64,000 nt of DNA, taken from Neoechinorhynchus agilis (Eukaryota > Animalia > Acanthocephala). Positions within the stretch are counted from its first letter, which is position 1. Every line of letters begins with the position of its first letter. The stretch lies in the NCBI GenBank assembly GCA_051530055.1, contig CM121342.1:14833480-14897479 (forward strand), in the 5' to 3' direction. The position numbers and the translations under genes were made by a program. The notes below the pieces were generated by a model. The model was not told where the DNA came from. It did no database searches and was given only the letters and a program-made list of their open reading frames with translations. Below, piece by piece: positions 25,297 to 36,471 of the stretch.

Positions 25297-26112
25297 AAAA
25301 CGTATTTTGTACCAGTGGTGGAAAAAGAAGGAAATAAACTAGATCAAAAGGTCATTCTACCAAGTTTTAAGACGCGAATGAACGTTTTTTAGTCAATTTC
25401 AGGTTATTCCACCAGGCTAGCAACTACTAGAGTTGTTGTGATCATCGGTGCCGTAAAAACTTGAAAAACTTTCGAAATTAAATCAATAAAATATCATCGA
25501 GAGAGAGAAAATAATTCAAAATGATAAAGCTCGAATTGCGGTGAAGATACTCCCCCCGGTTAAGAGGTATTTTTGTTTCTAAGAAATATTTCGAAAAATA
25601 AACCGTCACCCATTCAGTCATTATTTGCAACTAAAAACATCTTTAAGTTCTTTTTAGCCATAAGATCATTCACACCACCGTTCTGGATCACTCAGCTGCA
25701 GTCCTGGTGTAACGGTCGCAAGGACGAACGCAGCGTTTTTCAATCAATGACTAATGAGGCTTCGTCTTTTGAAATATTTCTTAGTAATAAAATATCTCTT
25801 CCAATGGATTAATAAAATTAATCTTTCGATGTTCTCAATCATCAAACCATTATTCAGGTTGCATTGTTCGTTAATTATACTTCTTTTTTCGAGCGTTGGA
25901 AAAATAAATAACCACGTAACCACCACAACTCCACTTTCGAAGCTGCGACTAAACAAGCTCCTTTTCGCGATTTTTCAGGAATCTTTCACAACGTCATAGA
26001 AACGCCATTCCGACGATTCTTCCGTGTATGGTCAACGCTGCCTTCACCTTCTGACCATAGTGTGCGCGCTCGTTGCTTCTTATCTAATCTTCTTGCAAAC
26101 GGTTCCTTTGAA

Positions 26113-27559
26113 ATGGTAAGTTTTCTTCTTAGTGTTTGCTTTCGCGATTCGTTCAATGACATTTCAGCGTGAAGTAGTAAGCGTTCATATTGGTCAAGCT
26201 GGTGTTCAAGTCGGTAACTCTTGCTGGGAGCTTTATTGCCTCGAGCATGGAATTGGTCATAATGGTCAAAAGCTTCCACCAGTTTTAGGATCGACGAATG
26301 AAGGAGCATCTATGCCGGATGCGTCGTCTCCTTCAACGTTCTTCGCGGACACGGGAGTTGGTAAGTTCGTGCCACGTTCAGTGTTTGTCGACTTGGAGCC
26401 GACTGTGATCGACGAGGTTCGTACCGGAACTTATCGCCAGCTCTATCACCCAGAACAACTGATCACTGGAAAAGAAGATGCTGCTAACAACTACGCTCGA
26501 GGTCATTATACGATCGGGAAGGATTTGGTATCTCGGGTCACTGAACGTATTCGACGTCTCTCCGAAGCTTGCTCAAGTCTTCAAGGTTTTTTCTTGTTTC
26601 ATTCATTCGGAGGCGGGACCGGAAGTGGATTCACCAGCCTCGTAATGGAACGCTTAGCTAGCGACTTTGGAAAAAAGTCTAAACTTCAATTCTGCGTCTA
26701 TCCAGCTCCCCGAGTGTCATCGTGTGTCGTTGAACCTTATAATTCCATTTTAACAACCCATTCTACTCTTCAACATTCCGATTGTGCTTTTATGGTCGAC
26801 AATGAAGCCATCTATGACATTTGTCAATATAGACTTCACATTGAACGACCAACATACACAAACCTAAATCGCCTCATTGCTCAAGTTGTCAGCTCAGTTA
26901 CGGCTTCTCTCCGTTTCCAGGGTGCTCTGAACGTCGACCTTTCGGAATTCCAGACTAATCTGGTACCGTATCCAAGAATCCATTTCCCTTTGGCAAGCTA
27001 TGCACCCATACTCAGTCGAGAAAATGCTCTCCATGAAAATATGAACGTTCAACACATCACCGATAGTTGCTTTGAACCTAGCAGTCAAATGGTCAAATGT
27101 GATCCACGAAACGGACGATATATGGCTTGTTGTCTACTCTATAGAGGTGATGTTGTTCCTAAAGATGTCACTGCAGCCATTACGAGTCTTAAAGCAAGGA
27201 GAAATGTTAATTTTGTTAACTGGTGTCCAACGGGATTTAAAGTCGGAATCAATTATCAAGCACCGACTATAATACCAGAAGGTGATCTCGCTCAAGCACC
27301 AAGAGCCGTATGTGTTCTTTCAAATACCACTGCCATCTCAGATGCATGGATTCACTTGGACAAAAAGTTCGACCTTCTTTACTCGAGAAGGGCTTTTGTC
27401 CATTGGTACGTTAGCGAAGGAATGGAAGAAGGAGAATTCGCCGAAGCAAGAGAGGATATGGCTTCGTTGGAACAAGACTACGCTGAAGTAGCCACTGAAC
27501 TTGATGATGATGAAGAAACAAGTGATATCGACGAGTCGGGAGCAGGTCTTAACTATTGA
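26113..27559 (+). CDS. TUBA: Divergent alpha-tubulin; ATG-only first exon, intron 26116-26167, exon 2 26168-27559
   Basis: Spliced start [13 protein letters not shown]; [33 protein letters not shown]; GTAAGT...TTTCAG intron. Confidence 0.97.
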
Positions 27560-27864
27560 GAGAAAAGGAGAAAAAAGAGACGTAAACGGTGCGTTTGCTC
27601 TTAAAAAGATCAAAGGGTAAGCTTAAAAGTTGGAATGGGTCTTTATTTCAAAGACGAAATCGTATAGTCCTTTTGTGTGCTTAAATTAGAACTTTGGATC
27701 TTGTTTTTTTGTTCAATTGAAGTTTTTGTAAAAAAACCAAAAAAATAATTTATCTCTTTTTTTACTTTATGAGTAGTCGTCTAAGCTACAGACTACATTT
27801 GAGGAAGAAAAATTTTGTGCGTTAGGAAAGATCGTTCGACATTTTTATAGAAATTATCCCTGTT

Positions 27865-28440
27865 TCAAGAAAATACACTCCAGTACTTTAAAAATAATTT
27901 ATGTGGATAAAGAGCAGAAGAGATCTTTTTAGGTGGAATTTCCCAGAATTTATTTGTAGGATGAACTCCGTACATACGAACAACGTCGGTAAAAACATGG
28001 GCCATGGCAGCATCTACAATCGGGCGCATGATTCTCGCTCTCGTCGATAGAAAATAGTTCTCATAACAAGCGGACTCGCCATCCTTTTGAAATCGAACTT
28101 CTGTTATCTTTTCCATTTCCATATCACGAATTCTTTCTTTAAGTTCATAAACATATTCTTTAAAATGATTGAACATGTTTTCTGTACTGTATTTCATTAG
28201 AACAATATCTTGTCCAAAAACCTGACAGTTGTTCGCAGGTATGGGAATTTCTCTCAAATATCGACCTCTGTGTTTCTTTTTTATCGCTTTCTTCAAGTCT
28301 TCAAGGTATTGAAATAGCCGTTTATAAGTTCGGTTATAAAAAACGGATTGTGCTTTTCGTTGATAAAATGAAGCCTCACAATCTATAAATGGCTTTGATG
28401 GCTTCAATCTCACAGGCATAGTTCTGTAATTTTCCGCCAT
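27865..28440 (-). CDS. 191-aa ORF of unknown function; the 5' end may extend via an upstream exon (canonical-looking 33-nt intron near 28550-28582)
   Basis: Open ORF between tubulin and Nup133; no recognised motif. Confidence 0.5.
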   Translation of the reverse strand: MAENYRTMPVRLKPSKPFIDCEASFYQRKAQSVFYNRTYKRLFQYLEDLKKAIKKKHRGRYLREIPIPANNCQVFGQDIVLMKYSTENMFNHFKEYVYELKERIRDMEMEKITEVRFQKDGESACYENYFLSTRARIMRPIVDAAMAHVFTDVVRMYGVHPTNKFWEIPPKKISSALYPHKLFLKYWSVFS

Positions 28441-29691
28441 TTCAGCAACGTAAGCCTTTGTAATATTGCGGCAATCAAAGTACCGTAAAATCGTTCATTT
28501 TCCATTACAAATCGAGGCTTTATCCTTATTGCGAGTCGGATGAAGGACCTGTATTTTCAAAGAGAAGTCGGTAATACTCACGAATTGATAAACGAAAAAA
28601 TCTTAGATTTCATGAGACAGATACTCTGTTTATTTCACCTTATTCGTCCAATCGTGGAAAATAATTGGACCTCGTGATTTTGACGCCAAATGACTGGTGT
28701 TTGATAGCGTGGATGAACTGGTTTTAAATATTATTTTAAAAGAAATTATGCCGTTTAGACTAAAAAATTAAAGTTTTAATTTGCAAACTCAAAATTCTTC
28801 ATTAAAATAAGTTTTTTGGTGGATTTTCATGCGTCTGTACAGTAGGGTTGAAACAACACAGCTTATGCGACCTTGAGACTCAAATTCTTTTTATTTCGAC
28901 AATCGCAGCTTTTTCATACGGGAATATATGATATTTTGTGAATTATCAAAGGAATTTGTTTAGATCATAAAAATGATTTCGGATACTTTTACAATGACGT
29001 ATATTTTTCGGAAGAGCATAAATCATCAATAATTATCGTCCTTGATGACTTGTGATTCGGGGATTAATTTGTGATGATCTTGAATGGTCTAGAAAGGGAA
29101 AGGTTTAGCTCAAAGGGCATCTACGTTTTTTATGGTTTGAGGTATTAGTCACGAAATTGTCTCCAATGTAAGTTCTTATTCCCCCTTTTTCTATACTTTT
29201 TTCGGAAGATTCTCTTGGACAATAGGGAACGCGTCGATGTTCTGTTTGGTGCGAATTATCTACTCCATGGAACCTTTTTTTTGTATTTTTAAAACACAGC
29301 TTAGATTCGAGAACCAGCACTTCGATTATCTGAAAACGTCGAATTACTTGAGTGAGAAACCATTTGTCTATACATGGAGAATTTATACAAGATCTTATTT
29401 AATTGAGCGTAAAATATGGTGTTGACATGAAGATTGGTATTGTGCTAAAAGTTGTAGAAATCATTGTCTATTTAGCTAGTTAAATTTCGTGAAATTGGTA
29501 AAGTTTTGCTAAGGCTGACTTTCACCGGAATTCTTGCAATTTTTTGCTTTTATCATTTTAGGCTTATCGAGAAGGTGTCGCTGGGATGGTTTTTTGTCTG
29601 TTAGATTCTTATGGTTTTTATACGACGTTTTAACAAAGTAATAGATCTTAGAATTTCTCTGACAATTCGCGCACTTTGACGAATTCCAGAC

Positions 29692-32453
29692 ATGTCATCA
29701 AGTCCTGAAGGTGTTCCGGACGTGTTTGAGGTAACGTCCATTCAAGTTCATCTGCCCACTGCGCTGACAAATATCCTTTCGGACGTATCGAATTCACGGT
29801 TTCAAGCACACCAGGACATGAACGACGGTTCCGTGTTTTGGGTAAGGTACGTCGACAGTCTTTTCGTTGTCTGTACTCTTCCTTCTCGCCCACTTTGCTA
29901 CCAATTGGTCATTCCATCGGATGATAGCGTTCAAGTGCACTTAATGACCTCCTTCAAAGGAGATGGTGGTCATTTGGGATTTGCTGTACTGATCAAAGAC
30001 GATACTAGCACTTATCTAAGGGTGTGGAAGCGCCTTAGTCTCAAGGGACGTTCGAGACTTGTCGACCACCAAATTGAAATGGACTTTAATCCTGTTTCGA
30101 TGGGCTAAACCAACAATCACCAGATTGTTTAGTAATCTTTGTTTACGAAATATAGCAGCGATATGGATGCCTTGTCGGTGTTCTTCCCTTTAAATTTTCC
30201 ATTCATGTGAAGTTTAGTCTTTCATTTTTGAAACTGGTGATTGTTGGCCAATGTGATGGATCAAGTCGTGATAGGTCTTACAGAAGGAAGTTTCGTTTTA
30301 GTTCATATGTACATCCAAGACAACGAGGATCTTATCTACGTCTTCTTGGTTGATGCTCCTCAACCAAAGCCTCCACTTGTTAAGCGACGCCTTACAGACC
30401 GTCTAATGGGTATGTTCCAAGGTCGCCGAGATCCAATTGAACCTTTTACTCGATTCGCCGAGATGGCATACAACAACCATGAGACCGGGATTTTGTGTAT
30501 GAACCGCACTATGATCGCAATGGCCACATCCAATGAAGGGAATAATATTTTAGTCCAAGAGTGCTGGCCATCGTTCACTTTCAAAGACAATGAAGCTTTA
30601 CTGCCTGGTTCTGCTCTTTCGTCTTTGAACTGCGGACAACTCGAGTTCAGAGACGTTGCCGTATGTAATCATCGTACTGGTTTTCTGTTGGCTAAGGACG
30701 AAGCTCATTTACTCTATTGTATATCGTTTTGCATCTCGGAATTTCAACTTTACTTGTTAAGCATTTGTCATTTGAAGGTCAATGCACCAACGAACGATAT
30801 TGTACGGATGAGCGTGGACGGAATAAACCGACGTTTGTGTTTGTCGTCCAAGCAAAGGATCGTCGTTTTAAGTGGAAGCGGGTACGGAGTTGTATCTGAA
30901 CGTAGCAATCTTTACCAATTAGTATTCGGATCTTTGGATGATGAAGGGCAGTTGTGCACACTTGAAGACCGAGTTGGATTTGTTCGAATAAGTCAACTGG
31001 ATGATAATCCACAGAAGTTGACATACGTCCGCAAATTGAACGGAAGAGAGTTTCTTGTGGAAGCATTTGAGTGTCATATCCAACAGGACGATGCGTCAGC
31101 CTATGAGTTAATGAAAACGTGTGGAAATGAAGACGATATTCGCCAGTTAGGGCAAGAGCTCAGTGACCACACTGGTATTCCTGTTCCCGTAAAACTAAAC
31201 TTATTCACTGATTTGATTTCACTCACAAAACTTCATTTAGAACAGCAGTGCCCAACCTACGGGCCGAGGACCACATCCGGCCCATGAAGCATGTAAAATC
31301 CTGGTTTATCTTTTCTTCTTTGTCTTCCTACAAAAAACCAATTTCATTTGTAAATATTTGCTTTTTAAAACTTTGCGTGAGTTTTGGCCCGCAAAATTTA
31401 TCTAGATGTCTAGAGTTGGGCACCGTTGATTTAGATAGAATTAGTGGATGCCTGTATACTCTATTGCTAGATCATCATCGAAATATCAGTATTTGCGAAA
31501 AAATGTTCTTTGACGTTTTATTTAACGAATCTCTCATCACTACTATCCGGAATTTTGACGTGGAATGCCGAGATGTTGTGTGGACTGAAGATTGCGAGTT
31601 TGTACGATGTTCGCGTCTTATGGAATTTGTGAATCTTTTGTCTATTGGGTTTGCAAGACGTCTAGCAAATGGAGTTCAAAGTGAAGAAATCCGGCCTTGC
31701 GTTATAGCTATTCAGCGATTTTTGAAAGGTGTTGCCAGATTCCGACTTGTAACACCAGTGGACGCTTCATTATCATCAACTCTGAGATCCATTTTTGAAT
31801 TTATGTACCAATTCGTCCGAATGAACAATGAAAACGGATTTTGCGCAGAGGAAGTGCTCGATATGTCAGTAACTCTAATGGAAGAATATTCATGGATATG
31901 TCGAAACGCAGTGAGTGATGGAGACGTCGAGAGTAGCATCTCAAAAGTCAATTCTGGACTGTGCCAAGTCCTCTGGAAGTGTGGATACTTTGCTAAAAAT
32001 ACCGATGCCATCAAGCTCTGCCTAAGGTACCACGCTTATCAAGCGCTCGTTAGTATTTGCCACCAAGTAAAGTTCCACCGACGTCTTGTTGGCTTGTGTG
32101 GAGTAGACAAATCCATTAGCATTGGAGTACTGACTGCTATTCTGGAGCAAGAAGACGACGAATTCTGGGGATCCATGTTGCCACATTTGGCGGCGCCTTT
32201 GAACAAACCAACCGACGAAAGAGACGTTTGTGGACGGGAAAAGATTGTAGATGGTCTTTTAAAATACGGACATCATCGAGTTTTGTTACATATCCATTCA
32301 CAACGACACGAATACGATAAAGCGGTCGAGAGTTTGACGAAAATCGAAAATGGCAACGCAAACCGATTGGCTGCCTTGTACCGTTTATTGCAAAAATCAA
32401 TGGGTGATGATCTGCAGTGCACTGAGACTTCAAAAGACGTTGGCACCTATTAA
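29692..32453 (+). CDS. NUP133: Nucleoporin Nup133-like, in three coding segments separated by two TIR-bearing inserts (30104-30259 and 31243-31436)
   Basis: N-terminal VHLPTALTNIL, beta-propeller-like strands, C-terminal LLHIHSQRHEYDKAVESL resembling the Nup133 helical region. Very divergent. Confidence 0.6.
30104..30259. mobile_element. 156-nt insert with perfect 14-bp inverted repeats, flanked by GATGG direct repeats
   Basis: CCAACAATCACCAG (30110-30123) and CTGGTGATTGTTGG (30234-30247); GATGG at 30099 and 30255. Confidence 0.8.
31243..31428. mobile_element. hAT (Buster/Charlie-type) MITE inside the Nup133 CDS
   Basis: TIRs CAGCAGTGCCCAAC / GTTGGGCACCGTTG (12/14); subterminal CTACGGGCCGAGGACCACATCCGGCCC typical of Charlie-type MITEs; 8-bp TSD ATTTAGAA/ATTTAGAT with central TA. 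Confidence 0.9.
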
Positions 32454-32460
32454 TAAACCA

Positions 32461-32664
32461 GTATCTTTGTATGGCCTCACGGCTGATATGATTTTTCTTT
32501 GGACACCAAGACCACTACCGATTTTGTTCAGGGAAGCGCATAAAATCACTTAATATATGGTTCAGGGTATTAAGTATGATATTATACGCTTCTCTGAACA
32601 AGATCGGCGGTGGGTTTTGTGTCCAAAGGAAAATCATATAAGCCGAGAGGCCACACAAAGATAC
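32461..32664. repeat. Imperfect ~95-bp-arm inverted repeat made of two SINE 3' ends
   Basis: 32461-32555 pairs with 32568-32664. The arm sequence resembles 20460-20530, 57350-57425 and 62565-62630. Confidence 0.85.
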
Positions 32665-32789
32665 TAAAAACGTTACCGGCTAGCCAGACTTCAAAAATAT
32701 TGATAAATATTCTGTTTAAAATCATATATATTCGCTTTTTGAATGCTCTAAGGTACAACAAGTCATTTAGCTTAAAAAATTCCCACTAA

Positions 32790-33110
32790 CCAGGGGAAGG
32801 AGCAGCAACCGCCGCCGAGGAACGCAAAAGGACAAAATACAGTGACCTGAGTCGAAATCATTATTTTGTTCCCTTTGGCGTCGAGACGCTTAGGTCGTTT
32901 GGTACCACGGCGCAGGACCTGGTCATGCAATTGTCAAAGAGATTCAGACGAATCACTAGCGATCCGAGATCAGGAGCATTCCTCCTACAAAACATAAGTC
33001 CGGCTGTGCAAAGGGCGAACGCTGCATCCGTCCTTTCGACCGGTGGTGTGAATATTGGTAACATTTGGTCGATATAAGAGATTTGTAAATTCATCGCTTC
33101 TATATTTTAT
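32790..33110 (+). mobile_element. CRE-like 3'-end fragment (endonuclease C-terminus)
   Basis: KRTKYSDLSRNHYFVPFGVET...GAFLLQNISPAVQRANAASV is homologous to 61160-61370. Confidence 0.85.
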
Positions 33111-33314
33111 AATAATGAGCATTCACGACCTCTTTGGATGGCTGGGCTTAAACTTTGTAAGGCTTATCTTTTTTCGGTTCCCCTGGTTTTCTTGTATTTT
33201 TAGCTCAGCGTTTTGAAATTCGATCTTTGATAATGCATCATAGTTCCTGTTATAGAGTTTCTTTCGTCTCAAACCAAGTTGATTCTTAGTGTCCTAAAGA
33301 AAAAACAAAGTTGG

Positions 33315-34389
33315 ATGACTCATCTGAAGAGCGTTAAGTTTAGAAACGAAGTCGAGGACTTGTGCTTTTTCGATTTCAAAAATCAGCTGCTGTCGTGTTC
33401 AATCGATGGATGCGTTGAAGGCTTTGACTTTGGTGTTGAACAACGAGCATTCATCGTCAGGTACAGCCGATATCCCATTCGGCGGATGACAAACGTTCTA
33501 AATGGCAACACAGTGCAGTTCATTGGTACATCGAATGGGGCGCTAAAGAAAATCGATGTTAGGCAAAATCGTGTAGTTAACAAACTGAAGCACCGAAAAA
33601 GTGAAATAAACGACGTTCATGTTGTCAGTGAGTACTTAGTCGCAGTTGCGGCATTGAACGAGATTATTATTTGGGATCATCGAACTTCTGAGTCAAATGT
33701 CTTCGTGTCTTAAAAAGGACCCCGAAGACATTTGCAATAAACTGTATTCGTCGTTCAAAACGGACGACTCCAACACTCAAATTATGGCTCTAAAGAAGCA
33801 TGGCAATGAACTTTTGGCTACTTGTGACGATGGAATACTATGTTCTTTTAATTTTAAAAAGCGTGACAAAGACGCCTCACCGAATATGAGTTCAGAACCT
33901 CTCGATTCAGGACTACTTTGCCTTGAAGTAGTAAAGCAAGCAACAAAGGTAGTTTGCGCCACCGAAACTGGAGCAATATACTTCTTTAACATTGGCGAAT
34001 GGGGGAATATGTGTGACCGATATCCTGTTATCAAGGATCTTTCTATAGATTCCATTTTAGCCATTTCCGAAGACGTAATCTGTATTGGATGTGAGGATGG
34101 TTTAGTCAGATTGGTACATTTGCATCCGAACCGAGTACTTGGATGTCTACGTTCTGATATTGGTACTGCCGAATCAGGTCCCATTCAATGTCTCTGTAAA
34201 TCAGCGGATAATTCATTTCTTGCCACTGGAACAATGCTCGATTCAGTTGCTCAAGTATTCGATATAAGCTCCGTCCGTAATGTCGAAGTAGATGGCCATG
34301 AAAAAGCGCGGAAACCAGGAAATATAGACGCGAGGAGACGTGAGTTTACTGACTTTTACGTCGACCTCGATGGTGAGTGTAGCGAATAA
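33315..34389 (+). CDS. WDR55: WD40 protein, WDR55/JIP5-like; frame broken by a hairpin insert at 33694-33734
   Basis: LLATCDDGILCSFNFKKR, VVCATETGAIYFFNIGEWGNMCDRYP, GCEDGLVRLVHLHPNRVLG, C-terminal EFTDFYVDLD. Confidence 0.8.
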
Positions 34390-34552
34390 TGTGAGAGACT
34401 GATTGAGAAATTTCGTAATTGAGTTTTGATTTTTCAAGCACAAATCAACGGTGTTTTTTTTAATTTGCTTTCAACCCCCTTCAATACGTTCGGTTTTTAA
34501 CTCAATTCAGATACGACTGTGTGTGTGCGCTTTCCCTAAGCTTCTTTTTGCT

Positions 34553-36275
34553 ATGGCACCAAACAAACGACGCACTTTATCAAAGGTAAATCTCTTTACT
34601 AATTCTATGTGATATAATACTTTTTAAATGAACCCATATAGAAAAAACTTCCTGGAAGGAAGCGGTCTTCGCTGATCGGGCACAAGAAAGCGATAAAACA
34701 AAACGAAGAGATTATTTCGTCCGATGAAGCGATGGATGTGGACGATGACGGTGATTTAGAATTAGAAGAGGAAGATATTGGCGAAACCGAGGATCAGAGG
34801 CGGTATCATATGGCTAAAGAACTATTGGAAAAACTGAAGGATGTTGAAAGTGATGAAGATTTAGTTGCAGAAGCATTAAAGACCGAATACGTAAGTTTCG
34901 TTGGCATGCTTTCGAGCCTTTAAACTCTAGAATAGCTCGAATCAAAAGGAATAGCTCGGCGAGAGATAGCAGACAATGTCGTCAAGCAGGTTCGTCCTTA
35001 TAGAGTCCTGAATGGACATCGACATAGTCCGACAAGCGTGGACATTGAACAAGATTCGGTATTTTCTTCTTCCAAAGACGGTGTTATTATCAAATGTACG
35101 TTTGGTTGTTCTTATTTTTCGAATACGAAACCTACAAATTCATTTTAAGCTTCCTTGTCTACTGGAAAGAGGATTAAGGTCCTGAAACGGACCGAAAGGA
35201 TTCGACCAACGCTTCAAACAATTTCGCGAATTAAAGGCCATTCATCTCCTGTCTTATGTCTCGCATTGTCAAAACAATATTTGGTATACAACCAAATTTT
35301 AAAAACCCTCATCTAAATGCGTTCACTTTTAGTTATCTGGTGACCGAGATGGACTTTTGATTGTTTGGTCAAAAGGAGATCTTAAACACGTTCACACGTT
35401 CCTTGCTCATAGAAGTGCACTAACGGGCATCGGAATTCCACGACAAGGAAACGAAATCTTCACTTGTTCTTCGGACAAAACCATCAAAATGTGGAATTTA
35501 AGCCAATTAGCCTTTGTTGAAACCATTTAGGGAAAAATCGGTTCTGATTCGTGTAGTTGGTAAGTTCGCACTTTTTGATTACGATTTCTTGAAGGCACTT
35601 GGGGAAACGTTCAACGTAGCTAATGGGAAATAAAAATCTTTGAGTCGAATTTCTCGTTTGTGTCAGAACGCGATTCTTCAATACGGACACGAGATGGCCA
35701 TCAATGCATTGACGGCATTGTCCGAGACGCGATGCCTGAGTGTGGGCGAGGATCGGTCATTAAGACTTTTTAAAGTAGTCGAGCAATCTCATCTCTTGTT
35801 TCGAGGACCAAGTTCATCCATTGATTGCGTTTGTGCGATCGATGCCCATCACTGTGTGACCGGATCACAGGATGGATCGCTTCAACTGTGGTCTCTTCAC
35901 CGCAAGAAACCCATTCAATTGATTTTGAACGCTCACAGCGGCACTTGGATCAGTGCGATTGCGTGTTTCAATGATTTGGTTGTATCTGGAGCATGTGATG
36001 GATTTTTGAGGACATGGGCATGTAGGCCATGTCCGAAAAAGAAATTTCAGTTGGAATCTATAGGACAAGGAATCGCTGTTGTTGGATACGTCAATCATGT
36101 TTACATTGCCGATGGAATCATTTGTGCTGCAGTCGCGAGGGAGCACCGATTGGGGCAATGGAATGTAATCGGTAACGCTAAGAATCTTATCTGTATTTGG
36201 ACTTTCGCGAAATACGTTAGAAAAGTGTCCGAGATCACTGAGAGAATAAAACATGATGGTTATGCGTACTCATGA
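34553..36275 (+). CDS. RRP9: U3 snoRNP WD40 protein RRP9/U3-55K; four canonical introns plus a 154-nt TA-flanked insert
   Basis: ETEDQRR..AKELL, NGHRHSPTSV, SSDKTIKMWNL, YGHEMAINAL, VTGSQDGSLQLWSLHRKKP, AVAREHRLGQW. Confidence 0.9.
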
Positions 36276-36471
36276 ACGCACAACAGGGGAAAACACTCGC
36301 TGATTCCGAATCCTTATCTGCTTTGTCAAACATGTCAAACGATCAACCACACTCAAGCGCTCAAGCGCTCATTTACGATCTTCTCTTTTAATTATCACAC
36401 TCATAACAATCCAAATCGCTCATTTGTACAGTGTCCGCGCTTATGGATCGAGTTTTCTAAGCGACACGTTT

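Noticed and set aside
26270-26335. Hairpin insert in the tubulin loop
   Set aside because: Only 5-bp stems, in frame and without a clear direct repeat; within chance expectation.
23717-33717. 13-nt GT-AG micro-introns in SPPL2 and WDR55
   Set aside because: Shorter than any spliceosomal intron I know and far below the 35-70 nt norm here; they give worse protein spacing. Not formally excluded without cDNA.
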